From the IMG/VR virus record IMGVR_UViG_3300042691_014085, positions 1-64,000 of that record: 64,000 nucleotides of DNA, one strand, 5' to 3'. Each line of letters begins with the position of its first letter. The stretch's first letter is position 1. This DNA comes from an uncultured virus (IMG/VR IMGVR_UViG_3300042691_014085) (Duplodnaviria; Heunggongvirae; Uroviricota; Caudoviricetes). Below, one piece after another: positions 8,611 to 16,859 of this stretch. Under the pieces are notes generated by a model. That model searched no databases. It worked only from the letters and a program-made list of their open reading frames with translations, and was not told the origin of the DNA. The position numbers were made by a program, and so were the translations under genes.

Positions 8611-8907
8611 ATGATTATCGCAACAGAGTTAGATGACCATGTTCAAAAGGCTGTGGACGCAGGTTTGTCTGGTTTGCATATTCTCCATGGTGAGATGAAC
8701 CGCATGCTTGTGGAGGCGGAGGAAGAACTAATCCTAGCACAGGAAGAAGAGGAGCGTTCTGGAGAAGCAATGGACTCCATGGAGCGAAGGTATTGGGAAG
8801 GACAGTGTGACGCTATCCAGGCCCTCTATACGCTTGCATATGGGCTCTCTTTTGCTATAGGTGAAGAATCTCCCAAGGCTTTTAGAACTCCAGGGGAAAG
8901 GGCATAG
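8611..8907 (+). CDS. hypothetical protein
   Basis: ORF with AAGGGA SD. Confidence 0.7.
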   Translation: MIIATELDDHVQKAVDAGLSGLHILHGEMNRMLVEAEEELILAQEEEERSGEAMDSMERRYWEGQCDAIQALYTLAYGLSFAIGEESPKAFRTPGERA

Positions 8908-9047
8908 AATGGATGACTATTGTGATCATGTATATGATTCATACTGTCCCAAATGCGGGATTGAGGGGGAAGAATAATGTGGGAGCAGTTGACACTACCG
9001 CTGGATTTTGATAACATGAAACAAACTAACAGAGAGGAAGAATAACC

Positions 9048-9416
9048 ATGGGAGCACGTTGTACATTTGTATTCAAACAGTCAGAGGAGCAGGCTGTAGC
9101 GCTTTATAGTCATTGGGGCGAAGACTCCATGTATGTTGATTTGGCTGGGGCATTGCAACATGCTAAGCCACGTATTGATATGCCAGATGTAGCATATGGG
9201 ACACGTATGGCAATCAGTTACTTTCTTCAAGATGAACTAATGTCAGCGACGGGATATGGAATCTATGCATGCAATCCTAATGATTTAGGTTTCATGGACC
9301 ACCCAGTTATCATTGATTTAGTAAATAAGACTGTTGAAGATGATACTGGAACGCATTCAATAGATGAGTTTATTACATATCATCTAGCAAAGGAAAGGTT
9401 TCTAACGAAAGCCTAG
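9048..9416 (+). CDS. conserved hypothetical phage protein
   Basis: MGAR...LYSHWG pattern; own TTGACA promoter. Confidence 0.75.
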   Translation: MGARCTFVFKQSEEQAVALYSHWGEDSMYVDLAGALQHAKPRIDMPDVAYGTRMAISYFLQDELMSATGYGIYACNPNDLGFMDHPVIIDLVNKTVEDDTGTHSIDEFITYHLAKERFLTKA

Positions 9417-9476
9417 GAGTGGTGACCCTAGGCACGAGGGTAGAGCGCAGGTCATCCTTTCGCTTGCGCTCCCCTC
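9411..9476 (+). ncRNA. two-hairpin structured element with anti-SD loop
   Basis: GCCTAGG/CCTAGGC hairpin then GAGGG-GAGCGCAGG/CTTGCGCTC-CCCTC hairpin with loop TCATCCTTTCG. Confidence 0.5.
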
Positions 9477-9500
9477 ACTTATTTGATAGACTGGAGGGCT

Positions 9501-9734
9501 ATGAGACGACTACGACTACCAACAAGCCAAGAAGAGAGGGTAGCAAAAAGTATTGGCAAACTACTATCTGACTTTCATTTAGATTTAGAGCAGGTAGGAA
9601 AATATATTGCTCACGCATTACCGCATACTATTTATGTGAGAGCAGTAGAAGTTTTGGAGGCTAGCCAATACAACAAAGAAGTTGCTGAGTATAACGAACG
9701 CAATAAGTATTATCAGCAAGAGCGTTTGTTCTAG
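9501..9734 (+). CDS. hypothetical protein
   Basis: ATG 9501 behind GGAGGG. Confidence 0.7.
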   Translation: MRRLRLPTSQEERVAKSIGKLLSDFHLDLEQVGKYIAHALPHTIYVRAVEVLEASQYNKEVAEYNERNKYYQQERLF

Positions 9735-9741
9735 TTATAAA

Positions 9742-9769
9742 TCACGGTGCCCCCGCAGGGGTGCCGTGA
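9742..9769 (+). terminator. strong hairpin closing the early region
   Basis: TCACGGTGCCCC-cgca-GGGGTGCCGTGA. Confidence 0.55.
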
Positions 9770-9913
9770 AAGCCCCCGAGGTCAAACCATACAAATCGGA
9801 CATTTACGACATTAAGAAAAATTTCCCAAAATGTTATTACGAACGATCATAAAAAAATCCCAGAAGTTTATCAAACTTTTTAATATTTGTCAAACAGTGA
9901 TATACTTTTATGT

Positions 9914-10186
9914 ATGACCGATATTGACAAACAATTTGATATCCTAGCTAGCTTCTATCTTAATTATAAGGATGATTCTAATACTAGGGAATTTATAGAG
10001 TTTAATGATATTGGACTACCCCTCGCATTTTTGACGGCAGAGGGATTATGTCAACCAACAGAAATAGCTCTCATATATGTCCAAGAAACCTTTGCTATGC
10101 TATTGGCTACATTGGGTATAGAGGATACAGGGTTTAATAATCTTGATCATATGTTAGCTACCGCCGAAAAAGCGGGGGAAAAATAA
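9914..10186 (+). CDS. hypothetical phage protein
   Basis: FIEFNDIGLPLA motif; ATG just after TGATATACT -10. Confidence 0.7.
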   Translation: MTDIDKQFDILASFYLNYKDDSNTREFIEFNDIGLPLAFLTAEGLCQPTEIALIYVQETFAMLLATLGIEDTGFNNLDHMLATAEKAGEK

Positions 10187-10348
10187 TGTCACCTAGAAAC
10201 TATTTCTTCCAATCTCAAAACAATCCATACTTCCAATCACACGAGTATAAACAAAGCAAGGAATATAGGTTTGAACAAAAGGCAGAAAGATTATTTGGCC
10301 GAATTTGGCGGGGGATTAAGAAGATCCTCTGGCCCTTCTAGTATAAAA

Positions 10349-10660
10349 GACATTACGAACGACCTCTAAAAAATCCCTGAAAGTTTTCAAACATTTTCAA
10401 ACATTTCTATATTGTTTTATAACATTTTGTTATATTTCTCATATGTTTTCAAACATTTTTATATGGTTTTATATGGCATATTTGGGGATATAAAGGTTTG
10501 ACAATATAGGATGTTTGTGGTATAAGGTTTGGACATTACGAAGCCGCCTGTCTAAGATGCTTCATTCTCCACTTCTCTCCACTTTCCTCCACAAATAATA
10601 CATCATAAAAATATCAGTAACATTTATCTGTGGATAAACCTGTGCATAACTTGTGGAAAA
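10349..10660. other. candidate replication origin / DnaA-bound region
   Basis: non-coding AT-rich stretch with TTTTCAAACA repeats, ATTACGAA repeats and three co-oriented DnaA boxes 10629-10660. Confidence 0.5.
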
Positions 10661-10693
10661 CTCCATCATTTACAATGCTGTATAATGGTTTTG

Positions 10694-10906
10694 ATGAAGA
10701 GAAAACTCAAAGATGGCAGGGAAGTTGAAGAATTAGACGAGCCCATAGCCCTTATCATATGGACAAAAGTACCAGAGAAATGGGAAATAACAGACCTAGA
10801 AAATGGCAAGGTTTTCTTGGGCAATAAGGAAAAACATCCATCTTTTGCTAGTATGTTATTACAACGTGTGAATCTAGGACGTATAGGGCAATGGAAGAGA
10901 ATGTAG
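10694..10906 (+). CDS. hypothetical phage protein
   Basis: TKVPEKW..TDLE.G..F.G pattern. Confidence 0.7.
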   Translation: MKRKLKDGREVEELDEPIALIIWTKVPEKWEITDLENGKVFLGNKEKHPSFASMLLQRVNLGRIGQWKRM

Positions 10907-11038
10907 CTTATTACGAATACCTCGCAAAAATTCGTAAAGATAATAAACAGTTGTTTGAAAAATGTCAAGTATGTTCAAAACCATCAATAACCGTAGAATC
11001 AGATGGATATAAGATTTATCCTGTTTGCCAAGACCATA

Positions 11039-11227
11039 TTAGGGTAGATTAGTTTCTTCCTTATAGGATTCTTCACATAGGGGACAATAGGAGTTATAAG
11101 GTTTCTTATTCATACCCCCCAAAAATGCACGACCTTGCTCGTGTAGATCAAGATGAATATAATCTAACTTACCATACAAAATAGGTACGAGCTTTGTGCG
11201 ACACTTTGGGCAATTGCTAATAAACAT
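11039..11227 (-). CDS. small zinc-ribbon protein
   Basis: CPKC...LVPILYG...CPLC. Confidence 0.7.
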   Translation of the reverse strand: MFISNCPKCRTKLVPILYGKLDYIHLDLHEQGRAFLGGMNKKPYNSYCPLCEESYKEETNLP

Positions 11228-11282
11228 TACGATAGTCTATCATAGGTTTGCAGGATGTAGCAAATTGTTATATAATAGGGAT

Positions 11283-11474
11283 ATGTTTAATTCTAGAGGA
11301 ATCCCAACTGCTGCGTGTCCATGCTGTGGCTCATCGCTTATCCGCATTACCGCTCAGTTTGATCCCAACAGCTATGAATTAATATCATATCTATTAGACG
11401 ATGCTCAATGTGCTGATTGCCAGTGCCTTCTTACTGCGCCAACACCACTAGATCATCCAGAGGCGGTTTTATGA
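11283..11474 (+). CDS. small zinc-ribbon protein
   Basis: RGIPT.ACPCCG...CADC..LLTAPTP; leaderless-type start. Confidence 0.7.
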   Translation: MFNSRGIPTAACPCCGSSLIRITAQFDPNSYELISYLLDDAQCADCQCLLTAPTPLDHPEAVL

Positions 11475-12046
11475 GAATATTAGTTTTGGCGCAAAGCCGT
11501 TCAGGTTCAACAAGTCTTTCTGCTTGGCTCAAATCTGAAACAGGCGAAGAAGTTATGTTGGAACCCTTTAACCCACATGCTAACACAGAAGAGCAGTTGG
11601 CAGCACAGTTAGAATGGGTTAACTCAGATAGAGGTCTTATCCTTAAGTTTGTTGATAATATGTTTCTTCAGGTCAATGCAATTGAATCTGTAGATTGGCT
11701 TATGTCAAAGTTTGACAAAGTAATAGGATTAACAAGAGAAGATGATGACGCTTGCGCTTATAGCAGACTAGTTGCACATCTTGCAAATGATTACAGAGGA
11801 TCTGCAGATACAGCCGAAGTAGATAACATGGTCATTAATCAAAATGCCGATCTTCTCTCATCTTACAAGACACATGCAGCAACTCAAAAGGCATACATTC
11901 GTAACCTTGATATTTTTCAGATTACATTTGAAGAGCTTTATGAGCAGCAGGATGCAAGCAGGCTTATTGAATATCTTGGCATTACCCCCACAAATCTAGA
12001 TTATTTGTTTGAGAATAAGAATCAGACCAATAACTGGAATATCTAA
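11471..12046 (+). CDS. sulfotransferase-like P-loop protein
   Basis: SRSGSTSL PAPS-binding loop, EPFN, ITFEEL. Confidence 0.65.
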   Translation: MRILVLAQSRSGSTSLSAWLKSETGEEVMLEPFNPHANTEEQLAAQLEWVNSDRGLILKFVDNMFLQVNAIESVDWLMSKFDKVIGLTREDDDACAYSRLVAHLANDYRGSADTAEVDNMVINQNADLLSSYKTHAATQKAYIRNLDIFQITFEELYEQQDASRLIEYLGITPTNLDYLFENKNQTNNWNI

Positions 12047-12344
12047 TATGCTATCATATAGATATGGAAAAATGCTTTTACTGTGATCAAGACGCTCTTT
12101 ATCATGATGTTGTAATTGATAGAGAAAATTTTGTTATTGCTGATGTTTGCAAAAAACATTTCTCAGTTAGCTTTGTGAGCTAATGACTTGTTCTTTTTGT
12201 AATCAAATATCATATACTTCCAAGATAGATAACAGGGGAGTTAAGTGGTATTTGTGTATGCAGCATTATAAAAATATTAACCTATAGCGCAACGGAGTTG
12301 CGTAGGGTGGTTTATTATTTCCTATTAGCGCCGAGCTTTAAAGC

Positions 12345-12374
12345 TTGACAAAGCCCAAATAACTTTGCTATAAT
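12345..12374 (+). promoter_or_regulatory. consensus sigma-A promoter driving a non-coding RNA
   Basis: TTGACA-N18-TATAAT with extended -10 TG. Confidence 0.8.
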
Positions 12375-12380
12375 ATACAT

Positions 12381-12476
12381 AGAGGGTTGATGAAAATCCC
12401 CTCTTTACGCTCCTTACCCTTTCTGGGGAGCGCTTGGACCGCCGAGATCCCTTTCTGTCTTGGCGGTCCTTCTTAT
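12381..12476 (+). ncRNA. three-hairpin small RNA with CCCUUUC(UG) anti-SD loops
   Basis: hairpins 12381-12404 (GAAA loop), 12408-12432, 12436-12469 followed by T-rich tail; no convincing ORF. Confidence 0.75.
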
Positions 12477-12586
12477 TGTATAATGGTGTTATGTCAATAG
12501 TTGAGGATATCTATCCTGTGCGTAGAGATATTGATGATCATATAGATAACTTTGACGATCTGGGCATTGTTTGATATACTGTTTAC

Positions 12587-12787
12587 GTGGCTGATCCAAA
12601 TCAAACTCCTAAGCGTGGTAAGTGGGCTTGCCCATGTAGCGGCTGTCAAAAAGCTGTTGCACATGAAAGAGAACAATTAATTTATTTTCTTGAATATATG
12701 AAGCATAATGATTATGCTGAAGAATTTTATGATATGTTTATTGATATGATTAAAGCAAGAATGCCAAAACCAAAGAAGAAGTTATGA
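12587..12787 (+). CDS. hypothetical protein
   Basis: CPCSGC motif; promoter TTGACG-N17-TATACT directly upstream. Confidence 0.7.
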   Translation: MADPNQTPKRGKWACPCSGCQKAVAHEREQLIYFLEYMKHNDYAEEFYDMFIDMIKARMPKPKKKL

Positions 12788-13220
12788 AACCATTATTTAT
12801 TATTTTATTAATTATATTTGCAGCAGTTAACTATATGGCATGGAAGCAAGGCTGCTATTATTGTTGGCCTGGAAATCCTTATCCGAATGGAGAATAAAAT
12901 GAACGAAAAAGAGTTTGACGTAGAGTACCCCATTGGTGATGGGGATATGATGAAACAAATAATAACTAGTATACTTACTGATACCCGCACAACTTTTGTA
13001 GAATTTGAGGTGAATGATGAGTAAATTTAAAGCTATAGCAGCAGTGGTTGGAGCTCTTGGTATTGCTGGCGCAGTATACCAATACTTTAAGAACGATCTT
13101 GATCTTACTTTTGGATTAGAGGAAGATGAAGATGGAGATGTTTGAATTTGTTTTGTTTAGTATTTTTGCAGTAATACTTACATCATTTTTAGCTGGCATA
13201 CTTTATATACTATCAAAATA

Positions 13221-13814
13221 ATGCACTCAGACAAAGATATTCTTGCAGCATTTATTGATATTCAAAAGGTAATGCTGCCAAAAATTACTATTGAAGTGGG
13301 TGCATATGATGCAGATTTTTCTAAGTCAATGGTTGGCATAGCGAAAGAAATTTATGCATTTGAGGCTAGCCCATTTGTGTATGAAAAATTTAAAGATATT
13401 CCTGGTGTAGACTACAGAAACTTAGCTATATCTGATGTATCTGGTGAGATAGATTTTGAAATACAGATTGATCAACATAAACTAACATCTAATAATTCAA
13501 TAATGAAAAGAAATGATAAGGGAAATAAAGAATACATATCTGTAAAATCATCCACTCTTAACGAGTTGTTTGAAGATAAAAAAAATATAGCTTTATGGAT
13601 TGACTGCGAAGGTGCAAATGGTCAGGTGCTCACGGGGGCATCAAGTATACTTCCAAATATAGGCAGCATATGTATTGAGGTTGAGACAGCAAGATTTTGG
13701 AAAGATCAATGGTTAGAGCAAGATGTCAAAGAATATCTTGCTGGTTTTGGATTTAGATTATCAATGTCTGAGCCACAATATACCAATCAATTCAATCAAA
13801 TATATATAAGATGA
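13221..13814 (+). CDS. FkbM-family methyltransferase
   Basis: IEVGA, YAFEA, LWIDCEGA, IEVE motifs. Confidence 0.85.
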   Translation: MHSDKDILAAFIDIQKVMLPKITIEVGAYDADFSKSMVGIAKEIYAFEASPFVYEKFKDIPGVDYRNLAISDVSGEIDFEIQIDQHKLTSNNSIMKRNDKGNKEYISVKSSTLNELFEDKKNIALWIDCEGANGQVLTGASSILPNIGSICIEVETARFWKDQWLEQDVKEYLAGFGFRLSMSEPQYTNQFNQIYIR

Positions 13815-13826
13815 TATAATCTTACT

Positions 13827-14102
13827 ATGACATTACATGCTATCTATACACTGAGTGATTCTGAGGCTACCCGCCTGACTCCAAATACTACCCATAGTGG
13901 TATGGACATTACGATACAAAACATAAATTCTTCGGGGTATGTGTATGTTGGCAACGCTAGCGTCACAACAACAGATTATGGATTTAGGATATTGCCTAAT
14001 CATTCAATATCTTTTGAACTACCTGGTTTTGATGAACTATTTATCATGGGATCTGCTGATGGCTTACAGGCAGCAGTAATTAAAATAAATCTGGAGAAAT
14101 AA
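13827..14102 (+). CDS. hypothetical beta-rich protein
   Basis: IQN....VYVG...V....YGF.I pattern. Confidence 0.75.
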   Translation: MTLHAIYTLSDSEATRLTPNTTHSGMDITIQNINSSGYVYVGNASVTTTDYGFRILPNHSISFELPGFDELFIMGSADGLQAAVIKINLEK

Positions 14103-14548
14103 TGGCACGGTTTACACATCCCGCATTTGGAGATGTTGGTGGATTAACTACTGAGATTAAATCATACTCCCCAGTTTGGTCTGGTACTGGTCTTACGTTT
14201 AATAACAACCCTGCAACTGGATCTTATATTAAGATTGGCAACTTTGTCATTGTTCAAATAGATGTAGTATTTACAAGTGTTACTAATTTTGGTACTGGAG
14301 CATATTCTTTAACAATACCGTTTGCATCTAAATATCATACAGATGTTTATGGTGGATCGGTGCATGATATTACTAATCAGGGTACTGATCACTACAGTCT
14401 TAAAGGTCACTTAGTTCCATCTAGCACAACCTTTACAGTATGGGATATGGCTAGTGCATCAAAAGATGAACCAATGGATCATAACACTCCATTTAATTTA
14501 GCACAGGCCGATAGATTTCATATGTCATTTTCATATATCTGCGAATAA
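14102..14548 (+). CDS. tail-fibre-tip-like beta protein
   Basis: YSPVW, G.YIKIG..V.V, G.G.YSLT.PF patterns. Confidence 0.6.
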   Translation: MARFTHPAFGDVGGLTTEIKSYSPVWSGTGLTFNNNPATGSYIKIGNFVIVQIDVVFTSVTNFGTGAYSLTIPFASKYHTDVYGGSVHDITNQGTDHYSLKGHLVPSSTTFTVWDMASASKDEPMDHNTPFNLAQADRFHMSFSYICE

Positions 14549-14584
14549 CTTGACTTTAAAAGTTTAGCAGGGTACAATTAATAC

Positions 14585-14698
14585 ATGGCATCTAATCGGG
14601 TGGTAATTTGTGATATCTGTAATAAAGAAATTGAGGTGCGCTCTTCCTTTGCGTACTTTACACTAAACCGACATTTGAAAGAGCATAAAAATGGGTAA
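14585..14698 (+). CDS. C2H2-type zinc-finger microprotein (37 aa, not in ORF track)
   Basis: CDIC...HLKEH; promoter TTGACT-N17-TACAAT, leaderless-type start. Confidence 0.6.
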   Translation: MASNRVVICDICNKEIEVRSSFAYFTLNRHLKEHKNG

Positions 14699-14909
14699 TT
14701 GGACAGAAGAATTAACAGATGAACAAAAAAAGCAGGTGTGGGATTTCATTGTATTTACAGTAAAAGAGATTAGAGAACAGATTGCTCTTGATATTGAGTA
14801 TACATATGAAGTCTGGGCTACACATGGTAAAGCAAAGAGTAGGCAGACTAAGAAAGCATTTCAGGTGTCTGCTGATATTGCTAGAGGGCTAAACGAAGTT
14901 ATAAAATAA
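14691..14909 (+). CDS. hypothetical protein
   Basis: ORF overlapping the upstream stop. Confidence 0.7.
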   Translation: MGNWTEELTDEQKKQVWDFIVFTVKEIREQIALDIEYTYEVWATHGKAKSRQTKKAFQVSADIARGLNEVIK

Positions 14910-14916
14910 ATAAACT

Positions 14917-14990
14917 GGAACAGTAGCTTAGTTGGTTAAAGCCCCGAACTCATAATTCGGTCATCGTAGGTTCAAGTCCTACCTGTTCCA
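14917..14990 (+). tRNA. tRNA-Met or tRNA-Ile2 (CAU)
   Basis: full cloverleaf, CCGAA-CTCATAA-TTCGG; G1-C72 paired, so not initiator. Confidence 0.9.
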
Positions 14991-14995
14991 CGTTT

Positions 14996-15069
14996 GGAAT
15001 GCGGCTGGCTGGTGGTCAGAAGGTGTCTTATAAGCATCTTGGAGTTTGGTTCAATTCCAAAGCATTCTA
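14996..15069 (+). tRNA. tRNA-Ile (UAU)
   Basis: GGAATGC/GCATTCT acceptor, GGTGT-CTTATAA-GCATC anticodon arm, TTCAATT T-loop. Confidence 0.8.
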
Positions 15070-15071
15070 CT

Positions 15072-15144
15072 GTCCCTATAGCTCAGTTGGTAGAGCAGCA
15101 GACTTTTAATCTGCGGGTCCTTGGTTCAAACCCAAGTGGGGACA
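15072..15144 (+). tRNA. tRNA-Lys (UUU)
   Basis: canonical cloverleaf, GCAGA-CTTTTAA-TCTGC. Confidence 0.95.
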
Positions 15145-15148
15145 CTGA

Positions 15149-15221
15149 GCCCCTATAGCCCAGCGGTAGAGGCAGACGACTTAAAATCGTCCAAGCGTTG
15201 GTTCAAATCCAACTAGGGGTA
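15149..15221 (+). tRNA. tRNA-Leu (UAA), short variable arm
   Basis: GACGA-CTTAAAA-TCGTC; 5-nt variable region. Confidence 0.9.
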
Positions 15222-15241
15222 CTGTATGGTATAATTTAAAA

Positions 15242-15331
15242 ATGAAATTAAAAATTCAATATTATTTATATAAAATATTAAAAATTTTTAAAAGAAAGAA
15301 AAAAATAAAGCATGCACCATTTGTCTACTAA
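15242..15331 (+). CDS. basic micropeptide ending APFVY (29 aa, not in ORF track)
   Basis: MKLKIQYYLYKILKIFKRKKKIKHAPFVY; TGGTATAAT 6 nt upstream. Confidence 0.6.
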   Translation: MKLKIQYYLYKILKIFKRKKKIKHAPFVY

Positions 15332-16268
15332 TATATTTGATCATCTTGGTTTTGCATTTGGACTATACAATAAAAATTTTATACATAACTATATTAAATT
15401 TGATAAAGAAGACATATTGTTAAAAATTGATTATCATCAAAATAATTATAGATACAGAGATTTAAAAGATATAGTTGAAGGATCTCCATGTGATATTTTA
15501 GCAATAGGATGTTCTCAAACATTTGGTGTTGGAGTACCTGAAGAATATATTTGGTCATCAATTATTGAAAAAACAACTGGAATGAAGGTGGCAAACCTAG
15601 GTATTTGTGGTGGTTCTGCAGAACAGATAGCCGCATCAGCAATAAGTTATTTAAATATTGTCGGTAAGCCAAAATATATTTTTGCTTTTATGCCAGACTG
15701 TTTGAGATATTTCCATACGATAGATAGAATTTTTTATAAAAACAAAAAAGATCATTTTTTATCTAAAAAAGATGTAACTTATATTACAAGTTCACAATTA
15801 AAAACTATGGATTTTGAAACTGGAGAGCTATACCTAAAAGATTCAGTAGTAAAATTTCCTGCCGTCGTAGAAGATATAATTCCTCCACATGAAGCTATTA
15901 AACAATATGTAAATGCACTATATATTCTAACAACCATGTGTAAACTTTTAGATATAAAATTTGTCTGGAGCACTTGGAATAATCTTACGGATAAAATATT
16001 TGAAGAAGTTTTTTTTGCAAGTGATGAATTTTGTATAAACCGTGACAATTTTTTTACTTTTAAAAAATTTAAAAATTGTGGATCTTCATGTAGTCTTGAT
16101 GATTTAAACAAAGAAGATCATAAATGCAATTACATATGTTTAGATCAATTTAATATTAAAATAAAAGATGATTATAAGATTTTGTGGCATTTTGCTTCTG
16201 ATAAACAACATATGGGAATACACAATCATGCACATGTAGCACAAGGATTTTTAGAATCAATAAAATAA
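15312..16268 (+). CDS. SGNH/GDSL-like protein, paralog 1 (start may be TTG 15321)
   Basis: GCSQTFG block I, NLG..G block II, C-terminal D..HMG...H. Confidence 0.7.
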   Translation: MHHLSTNIFDHLGFAFGLYNKNFIHNYIKFDKEDILLKIDYHQNNYRYRDLKDIVEGSPCDILAIGCSQTFGVGVPEEYIWSSIIEKTTGMKVANLGICGGSAEQIAASAISYLNIVGKPKYIFAFMPDCLRYFHTIDRIFYKNKKDHFLSKKDVTYITSSQLKTMDFETGELYLKDSVVKFPAVVEDIIPPHEAIKQYVNALYILTTMCKLLDIKFVWSTWNNLTDKIFEEVFFASDEFCINRDNFFTFKKFKNCGSSCSLDDLNKEDHKCNYICLDQFNIKIKDDYKILWHFASDKQHMGIHNHAHVAQGFLESIK

Positions 16269-16271
16269 AAT

Positions 16272-16859
16272 TTATCGTCCAATTTTTGCTGATTGTTGAT
16301 TGTTCCAAATAAAACTAGTCAATACAAATCTATCTGGACCATCATTGACCATGTTTATTCCATGCATATAGTCTTCAGTTGAAGGGAACTTTATCAAAGA
16401 TTTAACTGGTGGATTAAACTCAATGTTAAATTTTTTAAAATAAAGTTCTCCCCCAGAATAATCGTCATTGAGATATAGCACCAACGCATGTGACAAAGAT
16501 TTACTTTGTACAGAATCATAGTGCTCGTTTAAAAATGATCCAGGGTAATGTCTTTGAGCCCTAGATAGTAATCCTGGATACTCTCCCTTTTTCGTTACAA
16601 AATCGTTAATTCTTTTATTTATTGATTTTATAACTGGATGATCTTTTGGAAATTGATATATTCTATCTTTCCATTCATTGTTAGGTTCTTTTCCATCCCT
16701 GTCTAGATTGTATTGAAATTGATTATGATATGTTGCTTCCCAATCTTGCTGAGTCAATGATCTGCAAGTATTAATAAGATATTCATGCTCTTCATCAGTC
16801 AAAAAGTTTTCCCACAGCTCAATGCCAGGGGCTATTTCTTTACTTTTCATTCGTCTCAA
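16272..16859 (-). CDS. 2OG-Fe(II) oxygenase, prolyl-4-hydroxylase-like
   Basis: HYD...YLNDDYSGGEL.F...HG......R. Confidence 0.85.
   Translation of the reverse strand: MRRMKSKEIAPGIELWENFLTDEEHEYLINTCRSLTQQDWEATYHNQFQYNLDRDGKEPNNEWKDRIYQFPKDHPVIKSINKRINDFVTKKGEYPGLLSRAQRHYPGSFLNEHYDSVQSKSLSHALVLYLNDDYSGGELYFKKFNIEFNPPVKSLIKFPSTEDYMHGINMVNDGPDRFVLTSFIWNNQQSAKIGR

Noticed and set aside
15149..15221. tRNA with TAA as a stop suppressor or sign of genetic-code reassignment
   Set aside because: Anticodon UAA reads UUA (Leu); long genes translate intact with the standard code
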